From: Blastocladiella emersonii ATCC 22665
Lineage: Eukaryota > Fungi > Blastocladiomycota
Reading direction: 5' to 3'
Length of the DNA: 64,000 nt
NCBI GenBank assembly: GCA_025594325.1
Contig: JANHCV010000003.1
Coordinates: 868,001-932,000, forward strand
The first letter of the stretch is position 1. Each line of letters begins with the position of its first letter. The position numbers were made by a program, and so were the translations under genes. Positions 49,663 to 59,542 of this stretch are shown piece after piece. A model generated the notes under the pieces. It did no database searches. It was given only the letters and a program-made list of their open reading frames with translations, and was not told where the DNA came from.

Positions 49663-50406
49663 ATGGACCAATGCTCGAGGAGGAGTCGCGATTGGTCAAC
49701 AGTTATGAGGCCTTCACAACGAGCCGCTACATCTCGCATACATGCTCGCGACGAGTGCGGAGTGGTTAAAGTAACGAAGCACGTGGCGCTACGTGACATC
49801 GGCGAGTGCATTAACTATCAGCTGATCGAAAATTTGATGGAGGTATGCGCTGACTGTCTGTTCGTTCACTCTCGCTCCGTGTCCGTGTCAATAGTGTAGC
49901 GACACCCATTACTCGCTGAATTTCAAACAAAAATGTTGGCATCCAAAACAAGTGACTCGAGGCCGACCCGACTCACTCCTGATGAGTTCTGGGAGCAGCC
50001 AGCCGCGACCACGCTCAAAACACTGTCGGGCATGGCCACGGGGCTCATCCTCGCGATTTCCATCTCTCTGGAGCTGCAAATCGATCAACTTTGCGGTTAC
50101 GCGGAAGACATCAACGAGGCTAACCGGCCTCGGAGGTACCGGCGGGCGAAGCGCGCCGAACAAGAGGTGGTCGCTCAGGAAATCGGCATCACGCTGTTTC
50201 GGGCCCAAAGCGACCGTGAATAGCTCGACGTCCTCTCCCGCGAGCTGGAAGTTCTTTGCGCCCGAAGCGAACACCCCAAGCTCTACTACTCAGAGTGGAA
50301 ACGACTGCGCAGCGAATGTAAGCGGATTCTCAAAGCCACCAAACTGATCGACAAGCGAACGACCAACCTCGACTACGTGAATGGCGTAGCTGAGCGTGAT
50401 CAATAA
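49663..50406 (+). pseudogene. Orphan helical protein, tandem copy 2, with an internal TAG (50221-50223)
   Basis: Frame stays homologous to copy 1 past the TAG and ends at TAA 50404-50406 (AATAAA overlap). Probable phase-0 intron 49843-49899. Confidence 0.6.
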
Positions 50407-52112
50407 AGTTACAGATGATGCTCGTTTTACTAGTCGTGCGGTACTGATGCACAACGAGACGGTCCGCAAGGCTTCGCTCACACTCTCCTCTTTCGCCCGA
50501 CCCGACCCGTCATCGCCCGCCCGCGCGCGTCACCGTATGCATTGAGCCCTCAGTTAATTTGCACTAGGCGGCAACGCGTGGTGGCGAGGCCGGGCCGAGA
50601 AAACGCGACCCCGGTGATGTGGCGCAGCACGGTCACGTGCCGCGATGGCCTGCCTGCTGCCGCCACGAGGCAGCCACGTGATTGAAAATGTCTCCCTTTT
50701 CGCGTCGCGTCGCGCGTCGGCCGTCGCGCCAGAGTCGACGACTCCCAACGTTGCTCGCGTCTCCCATGTCGGCGATCGTTCTTGGACACCGAGTCACTCG
50801 CGCAACGCGGCTGGAAGTGGACGCAACGATCACGGCGCCGTGACAGGGATGGTCGCGGCCGTGACGGGTCTGTGACGATGGCGACGCCCGTTCTCGCCGT
50901 GAAAATCGTTGGAAAAGCTTGAGGGACACTCAGTACATCTCCTGTGAGGTGAAAGGCCCACGGTGCTGGCGTCGAGGGGCGAGCAGGGGGGCCGCGAAGG
51001 ACGACGGACGCTGAGCCGGCCGGCCACGAGTCTGCTCGGCAAGCATCGGACGTCGGAGTGACGCAAACATAGTGTCTCAACCTCATCCAACTTGTATTGG
51101 ACTCGTGCAAGAAAGATCCGCAGAGAATCGAGGAGCAACCGTTCGAGGAAGCGCGTTTGCCGCTCAGGACCGAAAACGGCGACTGGGCAGCCAAGGAACG
51201 TCGGATCGAGTCATTTAACTGGACAATGGTATAGAATAATTCTCCGTGAACATTTTTTATGAGCGGGACAACCTCGAAAAAATGAGTTCAAGGGGTTTAC
51301 GAGGGGGTCGAGATCCATGGCGAGCGCTGGAGCCGCGAGCGAGGCAGCGAGCAGGTGGGCAGCCGCCCGCCCCCGCCGCCCCGCCGCCGCTCCCCTCCGT
51401 CCCGCGCCGTCTTTCCATCCCCTCTCCCGCGCCGCTCTCTCTCTCTCCCCACCCGCCACCCGCCGAACCTTGCACTGTACGTCGGCGCCTACGACTATGC
51501 CGCAAATGGACCCCGCCGCGGTGCCGCCACCCCCTGCAAATCGCGATTACGTCCCGCACGCGTGCGCGCGCCCGCGCCGGCGTCCGCGCCGCGACGCGCG
51601 CGCCGGCCCCCTCTTCGCCCCTCGCCTCCATTTCCCCCCTCGCCGGCCCCGGACCCGTGCACCATGACCGCGTAGTGCGCGATGCGTGCTACCTGGTCGC
51701 CCTGTCGGCGCCCGCCATCGGGGGATGCCAGCGCGAGGAATACGGGCCGGCGTGTGTCCTCTCGTCCGGCCAGCCCGCCGCACCGCGCGGCGCTCGCGCA
51801 GCAACCAAACACCCTTCTCCCTCGCTTTCCTCGACCTTTTCACATGCCACCCGGATTGTTTGCCCGGTCGCCGCGATCGTCCGTGCATGTCTCGAGGCCG
51901 TCTTCGCCACCACGCCTCGCCGATCCGAGCGGGAGCGGGGTGGCGAGGGCGCTTGGTACACACGGTCACTCACGGACGGCTCGACCGCTTGCTTGCTGCT
52001 CCCAACTCTCGGCCTTGCCTTCCTCTCCCCCTCCTCCCCTCCATCGCCCTCGATCGATCTCCAGCGCAGACTCACCCGTGCACCCGTACTCCGTGCCCAC
52101 AGCCATCCCACC

Positions 52113-53546
52113 ATGCCGCCCAAGAAGACCGCCGCCGCCGCCACCAAGCCCGCGCCCGCCAAGAAGCGCGCCGCGTCGGCGTCCGAGAGCGACGTTGCGG
52201 CCAAGAAGCGCAAGACGTCGGCGACCACCTCGACCACCACCAAGAAGGCTGCCGCTGAGCCCAAGGCCGCGGCCAAGAAGGCGGCGCCCGCCGCCAAGAA
52301 GGCTGCTGCTGCTGCCGCGCCCGCGAAGACCACGCGCGCGTCGGCGGCTGCCGCCAAGAAGACGACGCGCTCGTCCGCGGCCGCGGGCAAGAAGGCCACG
52401 ACGACGACCGCGGCCAAGGGCAAGGCTGCGGCCACCAAGGCGGCGCCCGCTGCCAAGAAGCCCGCGACGCGCGTCGCCAAGGCCGCGGCCAAGGACGCCG
52501 AGACCAAGAAGGTCAAGGCGTCGGTGACCAAGGCCAAGGCGACGGCCACCAAGGCCAAGGCGGCGACGGCGACCAAGAAGGCGGCGGCTGCGCCCAAGAA
52601 GGCGGCGGCCGCGGCCAAGAAGAAGCCTGTGGCCAAGAAGCCCGTGGCCAAGCCGGTGCCGACCAAGGTGCGCAAGCTCGCGGTCGCGGCACTCGAGGCC
52701 GAGCAGCAGAAGAAGGCCGAGGAGCTCAAGGCCAAGACCAAGGCCGGCCGCGCCGAGCGCGCGCAGAAGCGCGGTCTCCCGCTCGAGTCGTCGTCGTCCG
52801 AGGGCGAGTCCGAGTCGGAGGAGGGCTCGGACAAGGAGTCGGAGGAGGCGGCCAAGCCCGTCAAGAAGGCGCCCGCCGTCAAGCAGCCGCCCGCCACGGC
52901 GCTGCCCAGCCTCAAGGTCACGGACGAGGAGGGCAACGAGCACGACCTGGCCAAGCTCGCCGAGTCGTCGGGCGTCGTCCTGTTCGTGTACCCCAAGGCC
53001 AACACGGGCGGGTGCACCACCCAGGCGTGCGCGTTCCGCGACCATCACGACGAGTTCAAGAAGCTCGGCTACGCCGTGTACGGCATGTCGCACGACAACC
53101 AGACTCCGCAGGCCAACTGGAAGACCAAGCACACCCTGAACTACAAGCTGCTGACCGACTCCAAGGGTGCCGACAGCGCGCTCAAGAAGCTCGGCGCCTT
53201 CAAGGCCAACAAGATCATCCGCTCGCACTTTGTGTTCGCCAAGGGCGGCAAGCTCATCGAGGCCACCATCCCCGTCTCGCCCAAGGACTCGACCAACTTT
53301 GCCCTCGAGACCGCCAAGGCCCACCCGCAGGTCGCCGGCGCCGCTGCTGCCTCGTCCTCTGCCGCCGCCGCCACCGCCGCCACGCCCAAGTCGCCCGTGA
53401 CCGCCTCGGCCCCGAACGGCACGGCCGCCCCCGCCGCTGCCCCCGCCGCGTCGCCCGTCAAGCCCGCGTCGGCTGCTGCCGCCGCGCCCGTCGCCTCGCC
53501 CGCGAAGCCCGTGGCCGCGTCCCCCGCCAAGCCCACGTCCGCGTGA
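52113..53546 (+). CDS. Peroxiredoxin Q/BCP (Dot5-like) with a long histone-H1-like Lys/Ala-rich N-terminal tail
   Basis: VLFVYPKANTGGCTTQACAFRD (PxxxTxxC plus the resolving Cys) in the C-terminal part. The N-terminal ~250 aa is made of AKK/PAKK/TKK repeats. Start at MPPKK (52113). Confidence 0.9.
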   Translation: MPPKKTAAAATKPAPAKKRAASASESDVAAKKRKTSATTSTTTKKAAAEPKAAAKKAAPAAKKAAAAAAPAKTTRASAAAAKKTTRSSAAAGKKATTTTAAKGKAAATKAAPAAKKPATRVAKAAAKDAETKKVKASVTKAKATATKAKAATATKKAAAAPKKAAAAAKKKPVAKKPVAKPVPTKVRKLAVAALEAEQQKKAEELKAKTKAGRAERAQKRGLPLESSSSEGESESEEGSDKESEEAAKPVKKAPAVKQPPATALPSLKVTDEEGNEHDLAKLAESSGVVLFVYPKANTGGCTTQACAFRDHHDEFKKLGYAVYGMSHDNQTPQANWKTKHTLNYKLLTDSKGADSALKKLGAFKANKIIRSHFVFAKGGKLIEATIPVSPKDSTNFALETAKAHPQVAGAAAASSSAAAATAATPKSPVTASAPNGTAAPAAAPAASPVKPASAAAAAPVASPAKPVAASPAKPTSA

Positions 53547-54018
53547 GGCGGGCTCGTGGTCGCGACCGAGCGCTCCCGATCTCGCCGCGCACGCGCCGCG
53601 CGCGCTGACGGCGAGGAAGTTGCGCGGGTCGGAGCGCACTCCCAACACAACACCAAGACCGCCCCGCCCCGTCCCGCATGTTGTCCAGTATTTATTCATT
53701 CCCTAACTCCACTCTCTCGCTTTCATGTCTCTTCATCTTGTTTGTCGTCTCGGCTCGGGCAGTGCGTCATCGGCGAACCCGAAACGCGGATCATGAGGGA
53801 GGACCGCGATCAGGTGATGCGTGCAGCCCCCGCGCCCGCGACCTTCGCACCGCCGCCGCGACGGGACGGCCGACCATCGTCGCTGAGGTCGCTTCGGTGC
53901 AGTCGCTGCACCCCTCAGTAGATGCATCGCGGGCGCGGGTGAGCTGTAGTCACACTATCTGCACGGCACACGGCTCGGCCATCACACTTCGTTCCTCCTT
54001 GCAACGAACCACCACCAC

Positions 54019-57000
54019 ATGTCGGGCCGACCCTCTCCGGCCGCTTCGTCGGCGGCGCGGGACGTTCGCACGACACCGTCCGCGGCCGCCGCCCTGCTCT
54101 CGCCGTCGCGCTCTCGGCAGGGCCGCAGTCCCGCCGCCGCCGCCGCGGCCAAGGGCAAGGCGCCCGCCCCGCCGACGACCGCGACCAAGCCCGCACGGCA
54201 GCACGCAGGAGATAGCGGCTCCAACGAGCTGATTCCGGAAACCCCGGCGAGCACGGCGCCCGCGCGGCTCGACGCGGCGGCGGCAGCCTTTGCGACGCCC
54301 GTCGTCGAGAGCCCCGTGCGCCAGATCGAGCCGCCGACCGACAACGACCTCGAGGACCACGGGTACCGGTCGTCGCCCGCGCCGCGCGTGCCCGTGCAGG
54401 AACGCGACACGCCCGCCTACGAGGCCGTCATGGACGAGGGCGACGGGTCCGACCCCATGGTCGCCCAGGTCGAGGCCCTCGTGGGCGCGGGGAACCCCGC
54501 GGACGCTATGGCCAAGCTCGTCGACGTGCTGAGCGTCGACCTGCACGACGCCAACGTCCAGGGACCGAAAATCGTCTCGGCCGCGTACCACGCGATCGCT
54601 GCGCGGCTGCGGAATGCTGCGCAGGGCGAGGCGTCGCCGTCCGCGGGAAAGGACGCGGCGGCAACGGCAGCGGCGGCGGCGAGTCGCCCGAGTGCGAGCG
54701 GCCGGCTCGCGGCCGAGATCCAGGCGCTCGCGCCCATCGTCAACGACCTCGTCCTGTTCCTCCTCCGTGACCTCAAGCTCGCGACTCCCGATGTCGTGTA
54801 CGTCTGCCTTTGTTCCGGTTCATACGTGCGTTCGACAATCATTCACTCGCCGTTGCTGTCCGTATGTAGCGCGCAGGAGACGCTCAAGCTGCTCGGGTTC
54901 ATGTTCTACTCGCCGCACGTCTACTCGCTGCTCAAGGGTACGTTCACGCGCGCGTTCGCTGCGGGACCCAAATCCTCGCTCACACAACCTCGTGTTCCCC
55001 GTAGCCGAGAGCATCTCGAACCTGCTCAAGGCCGTCATCGATCTCGCGCGCAACACGCACGACAAGACTGTGTGCCACCTCGGCGTGTGGGTCCTGCATA
55101 TGCAGCAGCTGCCCGCGACCTCGTTCCCGAACGGCGTGCTGCAGGACATCGTGAACCTGCTCGTCTTTGCGCTGCGCGGCCCGTTTGACAGCATCACGAT
55201 CCCGACCGAGGCCATTACGACCATCACCAAGCTGCTGGTCGTGGTCCCGACCGCGATGCTGTCGCTCGCGTCCGAGTGGCTGCTGCCGACGTACGCGTGC
55301 ATGACCGTGTCGAGCGAGCCGCTGCGCAAGTTTGCGCTGCACTTCTTCACGACGCACCTGACGCTGCTGGCCGCCGAGGCGCCCAACTTCCACGGGTTCA
55401 TGCACGCCTTCTTCCAGCGGCACAACTCGAAGCTCATCTTCGAGATCACCGAGCTCATCAACCAGAACGAGCGCGAGGGCACCAAGCTGTGGTCCGTCGC
55501 CGTGGTCCTGCTCGCCCACCACATGATCTCGAACCCGGCCTTTGCCAACGGCATGCTCAAGATCGCCGAGCGGTGCTTCAACGTCAAGAAGGCCAGCACC
55601 AAGCTGCACGGGTACCGCGCGTGGAGCTACCTCATCTACGCGTTTGCGTCGGTCCGGTCGGGGATGAACGACCGCCGGTTCCGCCTGCTCATGATCCCCA
55701 TCGCCAACTCGCTCGCCAACGACCGTCACCCGCAGCTCCGTCACGCCGCCGCCGACGCCTGGCTCAACCTCATCTACGTCGTTGGCGTCAACATGCCGAC
55801 CTGGGACGGCGCCGCGTTCGAGATCATCGTCGAGCCTGTCCTCCGCCGCGCCCTCGAGGACCCCGACGCGTACATTCGCGACGCCGGGTGGGCCGCCCTC
55901 GAGGCGCTCGTGCGCACCGGGCCGGGTACGCACCGTCTGTTTGGAGCCGCTCTCGCGCAGCTCCTGACCCGTCGTCGTCCGTGTAGTCAATTCGTCGCTC
56001 ACGTCGACGCAGCGCCTCGGCAGCATCATCAGCGTCGGTGCCAAGCCCATCGAGTACCTGCGCACCATCAGCTTCGACCCTAAATGGGTCCGCTCGCAGA
56101 TCGAGTACCTGCTCGAGATGCTGCACGCGGGTGACGCGGCGCTCGACGACACCGAGGAGTGGCACAAGATTGAAGAGACGGGCCAGTTTTCGCTTCCGGT
56201 GTGCCTCATCGCGCTCGCCTTATACCAGTTGGAGGTTCCTCCCGCTCATACGCGCTCCCTCCTCGTGTAGCGCCGCGTGTGCACCGCGTTCTGCGCAATC
56301 CTGCTCGCGCTGCAGCGGACGTGCGAGAAGGAGATCCACCCGACGCAGGAGAGCCTTTCGGCGCTGCTCAAGGTGTCGGATTTCGTGCGCGACATGGCGC
56401 ACGACAGCGGCGCGTCCGCCGCCGACAAGCCCGTGTCGGCGATCCGGTCGGACCCGACGCACCGCATGGACATGCTCGACTTCCTCATGTCGGCGATGCA
56501 CTCGTACGTGCCCGTGCGCAACCTGACGAGCCCGCGGTGCCGGTACTCGGACCTCGAGGAGGAGTGCCGCACGCGCATGCACACGTCGCCCGCGCGAGAC
56601 ATGTTTGCCGTGGACCTCCAGATCACGCCCATGGTGCACATGGTCCTCCTGTGGATCGAGTCGTGCCCCGAGCCCGTCATCGTCGCCGCTAACCGCGCCA
56701 ACTTCCACTGGGACCGGTTCTCGACCCTCATCAAGTGGGCGTCCGACCGCAGCACGGCGCCGACCAACATGTACTCGCTCCTGTACCTCCTCGAGATCCA
56801 GCCGTTCCAGCCGTCGATCCACTGGCTGTTTGGGTACTGGGAGGAGCTCGGTACGGTTTTTTTTTTTGCCACCCTCGCGCGCTGGCGGTCCCTCCCACTG
56901 ACCTTGCCGCACCCGCAATGGTAGCCCGCGCCATGGTCGGGTACCTGCGCGAGACCAAGGCGCAAGCGCGCGCCGACGAGTTTGACCAGTTTGGCGACCA

Positions 57001-59012
57001 GCTGAACGCCATGTCCATGGCCATGGTGATCTGGCCGCTGACCAAGCTGCTCGAGCACCGCGGCACCAGCGTCGACTTCCCGCTCGAGGCGTGGACCGAG
57101 CTGTGGGACGCCGTGTCGACCACGCACCGCCCGAGCAAGCGGCCCAACGCCGTCCCGACCATGGTCGCCGAGTGGATCCTCGCCTCGGTCGAGCCGTTCC
57201 TCGCCATGAGCCAGGCGTGCTCTACCGCCACCGCCGGCACCGCGTCGGAAACGGACGACCCGTCGAGCGACCACGACGACGCCGGCGCCACCGCGAGCGC
57301 CTCGGGCGCTCCCGCGGACCCGCGCTTCCCGCCGCTCCTGATGCACGAGAGCGTGCTGTTCGCCGTGTGCTCAGTCCTCCGCACGCTGCTCGCGAGTTAC
57401 ACGGTCTCGCCCCGTCCCGGCCCCGCGGTCCCGCCGCCCGCCGACGACCCGGTGCTGCAGGCCGTGCACGCGGTGGTGATCGCGCAGGTGGCGCGGTTCA
57501 TGCGCGAGGTATCGCGCGACGCGTCGATCCAGGGCCCGCTGCCCGCGCTCATCCCCGTCGCCGCGACCGCGCTGCGCACGTTGCTTGACGGGTTCCACGC
57601 CGCCCGGCCGTCGGCCGTGCCCGAAATGGCTACGCCGTTCCTCGCCGTGTGCTCGCGCAACCTCCGCCGCCTGTTCGCGGCCGCGCCCGCGCTCGCGCGT
57701 ACCCTTACGCGCGACGGGCAGGCGCAGCTCGACGCGGTTCTTGGGGAGCTGTGGGGGTCGCTCCTCGCAGTGTGGCGCGACGACACCGACAGCGGTGCGC
57801 GGGACTCGGACGCGGTGCTCGTGGTCGCTGCGCCGTTCCTCGCGCGCGCGATGCGGCACCCGAGCATGGCGGTCGTCGAGGCGGCCGTCGCGGCGTGGAA
57901 CGCGCGGTTCGCGCCCGCGCTCGCGAATGCCAAGGCAGACGCGGTCCCGGCGCCGCTCGCCGAGGTCATCGCGCAGCTCGCGACCGACCCGCACGTGTCG
58001 ATTGACGTGCCGCGGTCGCTCGCCCGCCGCGCCGCCGCGGCGCCGCAGCAGCAGGCGGATACCGCGTCGACGACGCAGGTCAGCCAGGACGACGTGACGG
58101 CGCTGCTCGAGGGCGGCGACAGCGTGCCCGCGGGTGAGGCGGCCGAGCCCGTTGTCGTGGTGTCGCCGGCGCCGCCCAAGGCATCGTCCTCGTCGAGTCC
58201 CGCCGCGACGCGGTCCAGCACCAAGCGGCGCGCGTCCGTCGCCGCGGCGTCGTCGTCGGCCGGGTCCGAGACGGACGAGGACGAAGCGCGCCCGCGGACG
58301 CGGTCCGCCGCCGCTGCAGCGACGCCCGGCAAGGGTCCGCGCAACGTGCTCGGCACCAAGCCCGCCACCGCCAACGGCACGACGGCGTCGTCGCCCGCGA
58401 CGGGACGGAAACCCGACGCGCCGCCGGCGACATCGAGCGCCAAGAAACGCCGCGTCCTCACCCCCGGGCGCGGCGGCGGCGGGGACACGCAGTATGTGCC
58501 GATCGAGGGCCCGTCCTCGCCCACGAAAGATGCGGCCGACCAGCCCAAGACGCGGCGGCAGCTCGAGCGGCTCGCCGAGGACGGGCGATCGTTCATCCCG
58601 CCCATGTACACGGCCGTAGACAGCCAGAACGCGGCGGCGGCGGCGGCGGCAGCGCGCGAGATCGAGGCGGCGGCGGCGGCGGCGGACTCGCACCCGCCAT
58701 TGGCGCCGGCGACGACCGAGCGCGACAACGACGAGGATGGGATGGAGGTCGACGGCGGGAAACCCGAGGCGCAGGCGGCGCCCGCGGCGTGGCGGCGGCC
58801 GAGCGAGATCCTGCCCCCGATCGAGTCCCTCGCGGCGCGGCCAGTCAGGTACGCTCTGCAACCGCGGATCCGCCCATGATGCATCACTGACCTCTCCCCG
58901 TCGCGCGACGCGTAGTGACATTCTCGAACTGCAGCGCGCGATGCACGCGTGGCTGCTCGGCGCAAGCGAACACCTCGCGCGGCGCGCGCCCGACGATGAA
59001 CGGTCCTCTTAG
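54019..59012 (+). CDS. RIF1: RIF1 (Rap1-interacting factor 1) homolog, multi-exon
   Basis: HEAT-type Rif1_N-like segments (LKIAERCFN, HGYRAWSYLIYAF, RFRLLMIPI), a post-HEAT motif TQYVPI...IPPMYTAVDSQ, and a short C-terminal helix DILELQRAMHAWL after a final intron. Confidence 0.78.
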
Positions 59013-59432
59013 CGCACGCATCATCCTCGTATCTGGAATAATACTAGGTTTCTTGCTCCATCTGTGTGATCGAGTCAGCGATGGCGCGACCGCGAGACGA
59101 ACCAGGCCGCCGGGTGGCTTAGCCAACGGGGTCGGGAGACGAGCGACGCGCCGCATTGCGACAACGCACGTGAGCGGCGCGCACCCACCGCGATACCCCG
59201 CGGATAACGATACACGCGCGGGAGAGCGCCGAATAAGGTCGAATATAGCGCGATGTGATGGCCGCGGCGGTACGCGGGTCATGAACCGCGGGCTGGGGTA
59301 TTCGAGCGTGGTTGAGTGGTGGGAGCGTGGTGATTGCGTGCTACGCTTTGTAAGCTGATCAGTCACGCTGCGTGCCCCCCGAACCCTTCGAGCATGCAGT
59401 CTGTCTCGCACTCGGCCAGCTCGCCGCCCGGC

Positions 59433-59439
59433 TATAAAG
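59433..59439 (+). promoter_or_regulatory. TATA box upstream of cystathionine gamma-lyase
   Basis: TATAAAG about 110 bp before ATG 59543. Confidence 0.55.
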
Positions 59440-59542
59440 CCCGCGGCCCCGCCCCGCCCTCTCCCCCCGCTCTCGGCCCGGACCTTACACGTCGCATACT
59501 GCTACGAAGCAACACATACACCTAGCACACACCATCACCACC

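Noticed and set aside
50410-51300. Short ORFs and imperfect GCCGTGAC repeats downstream of the orphan pair
   Set aside because: No homology to the duplicated unit, no transposase or RT motifs and no terminal repeats were visible. Treated as intergenic/promoter sequence.
51246-52112. Apparent 289-aa N-terminal extension of the 766-aa ORF upstream of MPPKK
   Set aside because: It begins at GTG, has non-host codon usage and runs through pyrimidine-rich promoter/UTR-like sequence. CCACCATG at 52113 is the better start.
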